Assembly (NCBI GenBank): GCA_002441245.1
Contig: DJVP01000012.1
Location: forward strand, 116,547-180,546
Direction: 5' to 3'
Source of the DNA: Candidatus Omnitrophica bacterium UBA6253
GTDB taxonomy: Bacteria; Omnitrophota; Gorgyraeia; Gygaellales; Profunditerraquicolaceae
DNA length: 64,000 nucleotides
Part shown: piece by piece, positions 29,660 through 38,824 of the stretch
How the letters are laid out: each line of letters opens with the position of its first letter
Position numbering within the stretch: the stretch's first letter is position 1
Program-made: the position numbers and the translations under genes
Notes under the pieces: model-generated
The model's input: the letters and a program-made list of their open reading frames with translations, nothing else
Databases searched by the model: none
What the model was told of the DNA's origin: nothing

Positions 29660-32187
29660 TTTACTCCTCCTTTATCGCTTTTAGTAAAAAAACATTGCCT
29701 TAACCGGGAAACAAAAAAACACAATGCAGATAACAGGCCTACGCTACCTACTGCTATCACTGTCGCGATATTCCAAGGCGTTGCGGTATAAGCTATAAGC
29801 ACATAAGCAACGCCTATGGCAATAACCAAAGACATCAAAATACATTGTGGGCAGGAACGTAAGAACCTGTTTGTAGGCTCATAGAAAATTACTCCCGGAT
29901 GCATGGAGACTATTGCCGGCAGAATAATCAACGTACCTACGCTGGCGAATAACATTATCGCGAACATAAATAAACCAACTGTATTATAAGGCACGAGCGG
30001 AGAAATAAAAAGCGGCAGGAATCCGATAGACACAACCAGGGCATTACGCAGTATTGCCCTGTACGGAGACAAGAACATTTCTTCAGAGGTATCTTTCCAG
30101 TTCCCCTTAACCGCGTATATGGTTTTAGCGCGCTCCACGAAATGAATGGAGAAATCAATCGCAAGCCCCAAGGTAAGAGCTGAAAGTACCGCTACCGGCA
30201 TATCATATTCCTTCCCTGTAAACCCCAGAGAACCGTATATAAAAAGCACGGTAACGATCAAAGGCACCATTGAGACAAACGCGGCAACCACCGAACGCAA
30301 AAGTATAATCATCATAAGAAGCACAATGATAAAACTACCGATAAAATTCCACAACATGCCCATGACCATTTTATCCTGCCAGACCATGTTGATATATGTA
30401 AGACCGGACCAATTATATGAAACTTGATAAGGAGGCGGATTATCTTTTATGAACTTTTCCGTATCACGCTTGACTTGCGCCATCACCTGATTATCACCGC
30501 TTTTTAGCTGTAACCAGAGATTAGCCTTTGAATAATCCGGGGTTACAAAATGAAAAAGGTCATCCGGCTTATGTGAATTTTCGAAGGACAGAAGACATTG
30601 CGCTACCGCCGCCTTGGTCACCGGGATAGTATAATAAATTTTATTTCCTCCCATAAGTTCGTAATAAACTTTCATAACTACGTCCGCCACCGAAGTAGAT
30701 TTACCCACCTGATTCTCTTTGTAAAGATAATCTTGCAGTTTTTGTATGTAAACAAGCATTGCCGGCTCTTTAAAAACCTCCGCATCCTTATCCTTGGCTG
30801 CGAAAATAAAATACACGCTGTAGGTTCCGCCGAAATGTTTATTCAAAACAGTATCCGCCTGGCGGATGGGATGGCGATTAGCAAACCACTTTGTGGGGTT
30901 ATCGTTAATACGTATCCTGGTTATACCGTAGATAGACAACGCAACAACAACAAGAGTTGCCATCAAAAATACCGGCCAGCGCCGTACCGTCAGGCGGCCC
31001 AAAATCACCAGAAGTTTGGAAAAACCAGTTTCCTTTAATTCTTCTTGAGTGAGGCCAAAACCTTTAAGCTTATCCTCCTTTAACAACGCCACATAAGCGG
31101 GGATAAAAAGAACCGTAGTAAACCAAGCTATGCCCACACCCACAGCTACAAAAATACCGAATATTTGAATAGGCGGTATAGGAGCAAAAGACAACGAAAA
31201 GAAACCGGCTATAGTAGTAATAGAAGTAAACAGGTTCGGGATAAAGAGTGTCTTTAAAACATGGGCCACCGTCTTATTCTTATCATGAGTCTTTTTATAT
31301 TCTTCGAAGAAATCGCTTAAAATATGAATGGAATCCAATACGCAAATGGGCAGCAAAAATATCGGGATCATTGAACTCATTATATGTATAGGAAACCCCA
31401 AACCAACCATCAGCCCCATGGTCAATAGAACCACATCTACTGCCATTAAAATAGGTATTAATACTAAAACAATATTCCTGAAAAACCAGAACATAAGCAG
31501 AAAAATCACCAGGATAGCTAATGGGGCACAAATCCCCATCTGAACAAACATCTCTTTACCGAAAGCATCTTCCGCAAGAGGCAACCCGGCAAGATAATAC
31601 TGTTCCTGCCCTTGATGAGATTTCAGGATATCCTGTATGGCACGGGAGATTTTATAACTAAGGTTTTTCTCTTTTATGGGGACATAAATGCACAACGCCC
31701 TGGCATCCTGGGAAATAAGAGTATTATAGAACAACGGGTTGGCCAGCGCCCTTATCTTGATGCGCAAGGCATCTTCAGGCGTATAAGGCGGTTTATCCAT
31801 TAACCACCTAAAAACCACCTCTCCGGGGCCACCCTGGCGTATATCATCTTTGTTGCTTAAGCTCATCAATTCATATGTTACAACCCCGTCAATTTTCTTA
31901 ATCGCCTGCGTAATATCATAAACCTTTTCCAGTGTCCCGGGGTTAAAAACACCATCCTTATCTTGTTCATTCACTACACCCAACACGATATAATCATTGA
32001 GCGAAAATTCCTTTTTTACCTCTTTATGGAATAACCTGACAAATTCCTTCTCGGAAAGCATATTCTCCGGATCAGTGTCTATCTTTATTTTTAAAAACTG
32101 CAGGCATGAAGCAATGGTAAGGAATATGGTTATACCGAATATGACCCTGGGCCTGCGCAAGGCGAAATTAACCATCTTTTCAAACAT
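29656..32187 (-). CDS. MMPL/RND-superfamily exporter (HpnN/MmpL-like, 12 TM with two periplasmic domains)
   Basis: 843 aa, two 6-TM bundles each followed by a large soluble loop. Gly-rich TM4/TM10-like segments typical of RND/MMPL. Confidence 0.7.
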   Translation of the reverse strand: MFEKMVNFALRRPRVIFGITIFLTIASCLQFLKIKIDTDPENMLSEKEFVRLFHKEVKKEFSLNDYIVLGVVNEQDKDGVFNPGTLEKVYDITQAIKKIDGVVTYELMSLSNKDDIRQGGPGEVVFRWLMDKPPYTPEDALRIKIRALANPLFYNTLISQDARALCIYVPIKEKNLSYKISRAIQDILKSHQGQEQYYLAGLPLAEDAFGKEMFVQMGICAPLAILVIFLLMFWFFRNIVLVLIPILMAVDVVLLTMGLMVGLGFPIHIMSSMIPIFLLPICVLDSIHILSDFFEEYKKTHDKNKTVAHVLKTLFIPNLFTSITTIAGFFSLSFAPIPPIQIFGIFVAVGVGIAWFTTVLFIPAYVALLKEDKLKGFGLTQEELKETGFSKLLVILGRLTVRRWPVFLMATLVVVALSIYGITRIRINDNPTKWFANRHPIRQADTVLNKHFGGTYSVYFIFAAKDKDAEVFKEPAMLVYIQKLQDYLYKENQVGKSTSVADVVMKVYYELMGGNKIYYTIPVTKAAVAQCLLSFENSHKPDDLFHFVTPDYSKANLWLQLKSGDNQVMAQVKRDTEKFIKDNPPPYQVSYNWSGLTYINMVWQDKMVMGMLWNFIGSFIIVLLMMIILLRSVVAAFVSMVPLIVTVLFIYGSLGFTGKEYDMPVAVLSALTLGLAIDFSIHFVERAKTIYAVKGNWKDTSEEMFLSPYRAILRNALVVSIGFLPLFISPLVPYNTVGLFMFAIMLFASVGTLIILPAIVSMHPGVIFYEPTNRFLRSCPQCILMSLVIAIGVAYVLIAYTATPWNIATVIAVGSVGLLSALCFFVSRLRQCFFTKSDKGGVK

Positions 32188-32189
32188 CT

Positions 32190-32465
32190 TTAACCCCTCC
32201 CTTTATATAAAGCCCCTAATAAAAACCTGACCCTTTTATCCAGGATGCGGTAGCAGGATTTTGTCCCTTCTTTACGGATTCCAAGTATACCGCGTGACTT
32301 TAAGATACCCAGATGCTGGGAAATCGTTGACTGCGGAAGACCGAGTGCCTTGACCATCATCTGGACATTACATTCATTTTTCGTTAACAGCCCTTTCACG
32401 ATCTTAAGGCGTACCGGATGCCCCAGGGCCTTCAAAAAATCGCTCTCCTCATTATAATTCAACAT
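32190..32465 (-). CDS. ArsR/SmtB-family transcriptional repressor
   Basis: 91 aa winged helix with LGHPVRLKIV...STISQHLGILK. Perfect GGAGG RBS 5 nt upstream. Stop overlaps the exporter start. Confidence 0.8.
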   Translation of the reverse strand: MLNYNEESDFLKALGHPVRLKIVKGLLTKNECNVQMMVKALGLPQSTISQHLGILKSRGILGIRKEGTKSCYRILDKRVRFLLGALYKGRG

Positions 32466-32484
32466 GCATCCTCCTTAAACTATT

Positions 32485-32532
32485 ATTTATCTATTAATCG
32501 TGATAATACGATAAATAGATAAATTTGTCAAG
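32485..32532 (-). promoter_or_regulatory. Sigma70-like promoter (TTGACA-17-TATTAT on the minus strand) overlapped by a 40-bp imperfect palindrome, the likely ArsR operator
   Basis: Minus-strand TTGACA is the complement of 32527-32532 and TATTAT of 32503-32508. Inverted repeat ATTTATCTATT-ATCGT...ACGAT-AAATAGATAAAT spans 32485-32524. Confidence 0.6.
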
Positions 32533-32565
32533 CAAATTTTTTATTGATTGCTGGGCAATATTAAA

Positions 32566-34587
32566 CTAACCGCCTTTGAGTATTGATTCAGCTACAGAAA
32601 GCACATCCTCGATACTGATTGCCTTAAGACAGGCAAATTCTTTTTCACAATTATGCGCCAGGCATTGGATACAGCCTACGTCTTTATGCAGATATTTATC
32701 CCTTTTTCCTAAAGGGCCCCAGCGCCGCGGGCTAAGCCCGGGTTGATTGCGGCCAAAGATGGAAATTACGGGTATTCCTAAGCTTGAGGCGATATGCACC
32801 GGACCAGAATCATTAGAGATAAACAAAGAACACCTTTTAAGGATGCTGGCAAGATGACTCAGCGAAGTCTTGCCGGACAGATTTAACGCCTTATCTCCTA
32901 ATTTTTGAGCTACCATATTTGCCAATGGAATATCCCTGGCCCCGGCTACAATCAGAATCTTAAAATTATGCCGTTTGGCTAAAATTTCGGCAACCTGAGC
33001 GAACCTATTTATCGGCCAAATCTTTGAAGGACAACTTGCCCCAGGGTTAATCGCTAATAATTTATCTGCTTCTTCGATGCCATTGCCAGCAAACAAGTCA
33101 CTAACCCATTGCTCTGATTCCGGCTTTATGGGCATGAATAAATCCCGGGCATTGCCGCTTATACCTAAATCGCTAAGTAAATCCAGGTTATATTCCGCTT
33201 CATGCCTCAAGCCTTCTTGCTTTTTATGGGGTTTCTTGAGATTATTCAAGAAACCGAATTTACGGTTATACCCCAGGCGGCAAGGAATGCCAGCCAGGAA
33301 AATTATCAGATGCATACGATTGGTAGGATGCAGGATTATTGCCAAATCAAATCTTTTCTTTTTTAGCCTGCCGGCAAATCTTAGCGAACGAATCCAGCTT
33401 CTATGCTTAATCTCTTTATCATAAATTATAGTTTCATCCAGATATGGATTTGCCTCCACAATATCCCTGGCATAAGGAGCAACCATCATAGAAATATAAG
33501 CCTGTGGGTACTTTTGCCTTAAGGCCTTAATTACCGGAGTAGACAAAAGCACATCTCCTATACGGTCAGTACGCACGATTAAAATGCGCCGGTAAATCTT
33601 TTCTTTGGCATCAGGGGTATTTTCTTTATCTTTGCCTTTAAGTAAATAGTTTACCTGCTTAAATACATCATCAACCTTCAGACAAGACAAGCATTCAAGG
33701 CTAGCAAAACGGCAGGAGGCCTTTTCGCACGGCCGGCAAAATATATCTTTTTTAACAATTATTCTCTTCTGCGACCACGGCCCGTATTTATTTTCATCCG
33801 TAGGGCCGAATATTGAAACAACCGGAATATCCAGGTAACTAGCCAAATGCATTGCCGCGCTATCGTTGGTGATTAAAAGCCTGGCTTTTCTTAGTAAAGC
33901 TGCCAATTGATTAATTGAGGTTTTGGCGCAAAGATTAATGATTCTTTCCGGACAGGACTGGTGGACAAATGAACATACGGGTTCGTCGGTTTTATCCCCT
34001 ACCAAAACTACATCCCAGCCTTCTTTAATAAGTAGGCTGCATAGATGGCTGAAATTCTCTTTATCCCAACGCTTAATCTGACTCCTTGCTCCGGGAGCAA
34101 CTACTACTATTTTAGCGCTGTCTTTTATGTTTTGTCCTTTTAAAATATCCTCGATATATTTTACATCTTCGGCCGCGATAACCAGTGATTGCTGTTTCTT
34201 GCTCCTGAAAGGATACCCGGCAAAGCAGGCCCAAAATAAATGCCTGTCCTTCATATGTTTAAACTTTCCCGGTATAAAACGTAATGGGGAACTTCTTTTT
34301 TTAGCAGGCAGGAAAGCCCCGAACAAGCTATTGCGTAAGTCAACAATTATATCGAATTTCTCTTTGGACAGAAAAAGAAATAATTTTATCTTATCTATTA
34401 ACTTGGCATGTTTATTAAAAACAATTACATTTTCTATCGCCTGGTTGCTAATGAATATCTCTTTGGGCCTCTCAGGAACCAGGCAACTGATCTTGGCATT
34501 AGGGTATTCATTGCACAATGCGTCTAAAACCGGCAAGGTTAAAATGCAATCGCCTATATTGCTTAAAGTAATAAAAAGTATCTTCAT
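32566..34587 (-). CDS. Tandem-fused glycosyltransferase family 9 (two heptosyltransferase-like domains)
   Basis: Two repeats of the GT9 N-terminal signature (ILFITLSNIGDCILTLPVLDAL and RILIVRTDRIGDVLLSTPVIKAL), each with a C-terminal sugar-nucleotide domain. 673 aa. Confidence 0.75.
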   Translation of the reverse strand: MKILFITLSNIGDCILTLPVLDALCNEYPNAKISCLVPERPKEIFISNQAIENVIVFNKHAKLIDKIKLFLFLSKEKFDIIVDLRNSLFGAFLPAKKRSSPLRFIPGKFKHMKDRHLFWACFAGYPFRSKKQQSLVIAAEDVKYIEDILKGQNIKDSAKIVVVAPGARSQIKRWDKENFSHLCSLLIKEGWDVVLVGDKTDEPVCSFVHQSCPERIINLCAKTSINQLAALLRKARLLITNDSAAMHLASYLDIPVVSIFGPTDENKYGPWSQKRIIVKKDIFCRPCEKASCRFASLECLSCLKVDDVFKQVNYLLKGKDKENTPDAKEKIYRRILIVRTDRIGDVLLSTPVIKALRQKYPQAYISMMVAPYARDIVEANPYLDETIIYDKEIKHRSWIRSLRFAGRLKKKRFDLAIILHPTNRMHLIIFLAGIPCRLGYNRKFGFLNNLKKPHKKQEGLRHEAEYNLDLLSDLGISGNARDLFMPIKPESEQWVSDLFAGNGIEEADKLLAINPGASCPSKIWPINRFAQVAEILAKRHNFKILIVAGARDIPLANMVAQKLGDKALNLSGKTSLSHLASILKRCSLFISNDSGPVHIASSLGIPVISIFGRNQPGLSPRRWGPLGKRDKYLHKDVGCIQCLAHNCEKEFACLKAISIEDVLSVAESILKGG

Positions 34588-35618
34588 AATTTCCTAACTT
34601 TTCTGGCCTCTGTCAAGACATCATCAGGAGTAACCGCTTTCATACAACGGTTATCCTGGCAATTAACTCTATAGCAAGGAATCGCGCAACCAACATCTTT
34701 CTGCAAGATAACCACATTAGTATCCGGATAAGGGCCGGTTATTTCTCTGGCCGTCGGTCCAAAAATCCCTATTATCTTCTTAGCCCCAACGGCATTAGCT
34801 ATATGCATTGGCCCGGTATCCGCGGTAACAAAAAGGCTTGCCCGCTTAGCTAGGGCGGCCAAATGCTTTATATTAAAAACCCCGCAGCCAATCAAGGGCT
34901 TCTCTTTCATTTTTTCTTTTATCTGATTAGCCAGCGGCAGGTCAGATATACTACCGGTTATAATTACCCTTGCCTTTACTTCATCGATCAAACTATCAGC
35001 TAGCTTAGCCCAGTAATCCTTCGGCCAACGTTTAGGCATCCAATTTCCTCCGGGATTAAGCGCAACTAAAAAATCATCCTTACCCACGCCATTTCTTTTC
35101 AGGAAATCATATACATATTCCTCTTCTTCAGGAGTAAAAATAAAATCCAAGTACCTGTCTTCCACGCGTAAACCCGCTTTTTCAACAACATTCAGATAAA
35201 AATCTATACGGTGCAAAGAATCCCTTTTCGGCATAGAGATCTTTTGAGTCAGCAAGAAAGAACGTTTTTTAGTATTATGGCCTATCCTCTGCTGTATCCC
35301 GGCCAACCGACAAATTAACGCGCGGCTAAATGAACGATGCAACAGGAACGCAGTATCAAATTTCTTGCTTTTAAGCAGGCTGATAAAATTTAATTTTGCC
35401 AGCATACCCTTATGCCTGTCCTTTTCATCAAAAATAATTACTTCATCTAAATACGGATTTCCTTTTAATATCGGATAACACCGACTGGGGATTGCACAGG
35501 CAATATAGCTATCGGGATAATTCCTGCGTACATTCCTGATAGTGGCCGTAGAAAACAAAACATCCCCCAGCCAATTTACATTAAAGATAAGGATACGTTT
35601 TGGCTTAAGTTTACTCAT
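34584..35618 (-). CDS. Glycosyltransferase family 9 (ADP-heptose:LPS heptosyltransferase, WaaF/WaaC-like)
   Basis: RILIFNVNWLGDVLFSTATIRNV signature, 344 aa. Confidence 0.8.
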   Translation of the reverse strand: MSKLKPKRILIFNVNWLGDVLFSTATIRNVRRNYPDSYIACAIPSRCYPILKGNPYLDEVIIFDEKDRHKGMLAKLNFISLLKSKKFDTAFLLHRSFSRALICRLAGIQQRIGHNTKKRSFLLTQKISMPKRDSLHRIDFYLNVVEKAGLRVEDRYLDFIFTPEEEEYVYDFLKRNGVGKDDFLVALNPGGNWMPKRWPKDYWAKLADSLIDEVKARVIITGSISDLPLANQIKEKMKEKPLIGCGVFNIKHLAALAKRASLFVTADTGPMHIANAVGAKKIIGIFGPTAREITGPYPDTNVVILQKDVGCAIPCYRVNCQDNRCMKAVTPDDVLTEARKVRKL

Positions 35619-36734
35619 TTACGCTGGCTCTCCCGGCCGGATTCTTTTCTCTAAACATTCTTTATAAACCTTTTCTGTCGCATCAACCATTTTCTCTTTA
35701 GAAAAATTATCCATAATGAATTTACGGGCGCTAGTTGCCAAATTATCGCGCATTTGCTTATCAGTCAAAAGGCGCATAATCGCCCCCGCTAAAGATACCG
35801 GGTCAGCAGGCTCAACTAATAATCCGTTTTGCCCGTCTTTAATCAGGGTTTTTATCCCCCCCACTGCCGAACCTACAACTGCCAACCCCTGCGCCATTGC
35901 TTCCATAAGCGCTAAGCCTAAACCCTCCTGCAATGAAGGCATAACAAAGATATCCAGTGCCGCAAGCACATTTTTAGTTCCTTCAGCTTGCGGTAAGAAT
36001 AAAACACTATTTTTGATAGCTAGATCATCCGCTTCTTCAACCAGCACATCCTTCATTTTACCTTCGCCGACAACAACCAATTTCACTGAAGGAAAGTTCT
36101 TGATAATAATCTGCATGGCCTTAAAAAGATAAATATGCCCTTTCACGTCAGATAAACGGGCAACAATCCCCACTAAAGGGGCATCTTCTATGCCTAAAGA
36201 TTCCCTGAAACTTTGCCTGCCTGAAAAATCACCGAAACTTTGCAGATCTATACCGTTATTTATTACTTTAATTTTGTTTTCATCCAGATTAAAATCAAGA
36301 ATCAGATGTTCCTTTACCTGCTGGCTTATAGCAATAATAGCATTATCCCAACAAGGAAAAAACAAGCGGGATAGCTTTGGTTTAAAAAAACCATGGCAGG
36401 TAAATATATGCGGTTTACGGCAATAACGACTCAATAAACTCCCCAAAACCTGAGTAGTTCGGCTGTTTGAATGTATCAAATCAATATTAAGCCGCTTGAT
36501 TTCTTTTCTGAGCCTTAAAAAACTGATAATGATCTTCGGGCTGACCTCTTTTTTCGTGCATAAAGGAACCCGTATGTTCTTTATGCCTGCTGCCGTGAAC
36601 TTTCCTAAGAGTCCGCCTCCTCCGGAAGCCAGGTAAACACTATGGCCATTTTCTTTAAGTCCGGAGGCTAGAGTAAACAGATAGCTGGAAATTCCCCCTA
36701 CATTAAGATGGTTAGCTATAAACAATATATTCAT
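35619..36734 (-). CDS. Glycosyltransferase family 4 (GT-B, group 1)
   Basis: MNILFIANHLNVGGISSY N-terminus and C-terminal E-x7-E-like GT4 region. Confidence 0.8.
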   Translation of the reverse strand: MNILFIANHLNVGGISSYLFTLASGLKENGHSVYLASGGGGLLGKFTAAGIKNIRVPLCTKKEVSPKIIISFLRLRKEIKRLNIDLIHSNSRTTQVLGSLLSRYCRKPHIFTCHGFFKPKLSRLFFPCWDNAIIAISQQVKEHLILDFNLDENKIKVINNGIDLQSFGDFSGRQSFRESLGIEDAPLVGIVARLSDVKGHIYLFKAMQIIIKNFPSVKLVVVGEGKMKDVLVEEADDLAIKNSVLFLPQAEGTKNVLAALDIFVMPSLQEGLGLALMEAMAQGLAVVGSAVGGIKTLIKDGQNGLLVEPADPVSLAGAIMRLLTDKQMRDNLATSARKFIMDNFSKEKMVDATEKVYKECLEKRIRPGEPA

Positions 36735-38824
36735 TATAATAATTTATCTATTGCCGCAAGCACTTCCTCAGGAGTAATCTGCCTCATACAGTGCTTGGTT
36801 CGACATTTAGTTTTATAACAAGGCTGGCAATCCAGATTTTTATTAATCACAATGCAGTTCTTTCCTGGCGGAAGATGGCGGCGCGCATCAGTAGGCCCAA
36901 AGAGCGCGATAAAAGGAGTCCTTACCGCGGATGCGATATGCAAAGGCGAAGAATCTGCTGAAATAAACACATTGCATTTCTTGATCAGGGCAGCCAACTC
37001 ATTTACACTGGTTTTACCGCAGGCATTAATAATTTTGGTACCCTTAAGTGAATTTACGAGCATGTCAGCATAGACTAAATCCTGGGCAGTACCGGTAATC
37101 ACTACGCGTATATCGCGCAACCCCAAATCTTCACAAAGACGCATCAGGTATTGCTGCGGCCAAAGTTTGGTACTCCATCTCCTGGAAGCGCTAATATTGA
37201 TCCCCACTATTTTCTGAGCCTCGCTCAGCCATTGGGCGTTTAAAAGCTCATCCACGCGCTTTATATCTTCAGGAGACGGCCAAAGCTCAAGCGAATTATT
37301 CAAAAGGTCAATACCGAGCATTTTTAATATGCGAAACTGGTGCGTTACCGGGTCGATAAGCGGTTTTCCATCTTTAATGCGGTGCTGAAGCAAAAAAGAA
37401 AGCTTTTTGTTATCATAACCGTAGCAATTAACGCAGCCGCTCAGGTAAGAAAGTATATGGCTGGACCGGCTGTTCTGCAGGTCTATAACAATATCAAAAT
37501 TCTTTTTCCTTAAGACGCCTCCTATGCCCAATAACCCCTTTAGCCCCTTATCATTATTTTTCAAATCACACACCAATAGCTCATCTATATAAGGGCTTCT
37601 TAGCAATACATCTTTTGATTCCTCTCCGGTCAAAAAGCTTATCTTATAATTTGCTTGGGAAAATTTCTCCCAAACCGCCCTTAATGCAGCCGTGGAAAGG
37701 ATTATATCCCCTAGAGAGCTGAGCTTAATTATCAGAATCTTAAAATTACTCAAGGCATCACGGTAAACATCCAAGGTATTCTTAACCATCAACTCCACCG
37801 TATATTTTTCTTTAATCTTAACGTAGGCATTCTCTGCCAAATTCTGTGCTAATTGCGTATTTTCATAAATACGCAGTATAGCATCGGCCATGCTTTTATG
37901 ATCTGCTGGAGGAACTAATAGACCGTTTTTGCCATCTTCAATGATATCAATTACCCCGCCTACCTTAGTAGCTACCACCGGTACGCCGGAGGCTTGGGCC
38001 TCAACCACTACCCGGCCAAATGCCTCATGTGTTGTCGTAGCCAAAACCACCAGGTCCAGATGCGCCAGTATCCCAGGGATATCACGCTGTGTTCCTAAGA
38101 ATTCTGTGCAATGCCATAGACCAAGCCGTCGTACTAACACCTGTACTTCCTCCTTATACGCCTCCTTTGATGCCGGGGCATCCCCCACTATCCATATTTT
38201 TAACCGTGGTACAGTCCTTGAGATACGCGCCATAGCCTTAATAAAATGCAGGTGGCCTTTTAGAGGAGTGATCCTGCCGATAATCCCTACGTTAAACTCC
38301 TCTTTTCTCTTTGACTTAGGGTCAAGGTATTTAAACCTTTCCATATCCACGCTGCGCGGAACAAGCCTGATACGCTCATGAGGCACTGCAAAGTCTTCAA
38401 TCATATGCCGGGCAATCACGTTGCTTAAAACAATCACTCTCTTAGCCCAACCCATTACTAAACTAAAAAGATGCTTCTTATAGTAGCCATGACAAGTAGT
38501 TATAAATACGGCCTTGGTCCTACGGCAGGCAAAATAAGCAATCCATGCCGGCACGCGCGAACGGGCATGAACGATATCAATCTCCTCCTGTTTGATTATC
38601 CCTACTAGAATAGGGATTAATTTATATATAGAAAAAATTGATTTTTTATGTACTGCTAATGTGTAATGTTTGGCGCCGCATGCTTCAAGCTCTCCGACCA
38701 GGGCTCCGCCGGCAGAAACCACTACTACTTTATGCCCCAGGCGCACCAGATACTTGGACAAATCCAAGGTACCGGTCTCAACCCCGCCTACATTAAGTTC
38801 AGGCAATATTTGCAGTATCTTCAT
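36734..38824 (-). CDS. Fusion protein: GT4 glycosyltransferase (N-terminal) + GT9 heptosyltransferase (C-terminal)
   Basis: N-terminus ILQILPELNVGGVE (GT4), then from about residue 360 FKILIIKLSSLGDIILSTAALRAV (GT9). 696 aa. Confidence 0.75.
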   Translation of the reverse strand: MKILQILPELNVGGVETGTLDLSKYLVRLGHKVVVVSAGGALVGELEACGAKHYTLAVHKKSIFSIYKLIPILVGIIKQEEIDIVHARSRVPAWIAYFACRRTKAVFITTCHGYYKKHLFSLVMGWAKRVIVLSNVIARHMIEDFAVPHERIRLVPRSVDMERFKYLDPKSKRKEEFNVGIIGRITPLKGHLHFIKAMARISRTVPRLKIWIVGDAPASKEAYKEEVQVLVRRLGLWHCTEFLGTQRDIPGILAHLDLVVLATTTHEAFGRVVVEAQASGVPVVATKVGGVIDIIEDGKNGLLVPPADHKSMADAILRIYENTQLAQNLAENAYVKIKEKYTVELMVKNTLDVYRDALSNFKILIIKLSSLGDIILSTAALRAVWEKFSQANYKISFLTGEESKDVLLRSPYIDELLVCDLKNNDKGLKGLLGIGGVLRKKNFDIVIDLQNSRSSHILSYLSGCVNCYGYDNKKLSFLLQHRIKDGKPLIDPVTHQFRILKMLGIDLLNNSLELWPSPEDIKRVDELLNAQWLSEAQKIVGINISASRRWSTKLWPQQYLMRLCEDLGLRDIRVVITGTAQDLVYADMLVNSLKGTKIINACGKTSVNELAALIKKCNVFISADSSPLHIASAVRTPFIALFGPTDARRHLPPGKNCIVINKNLDCQPCYKTKCRTKHCMRQITPEEVLAAIDKLL

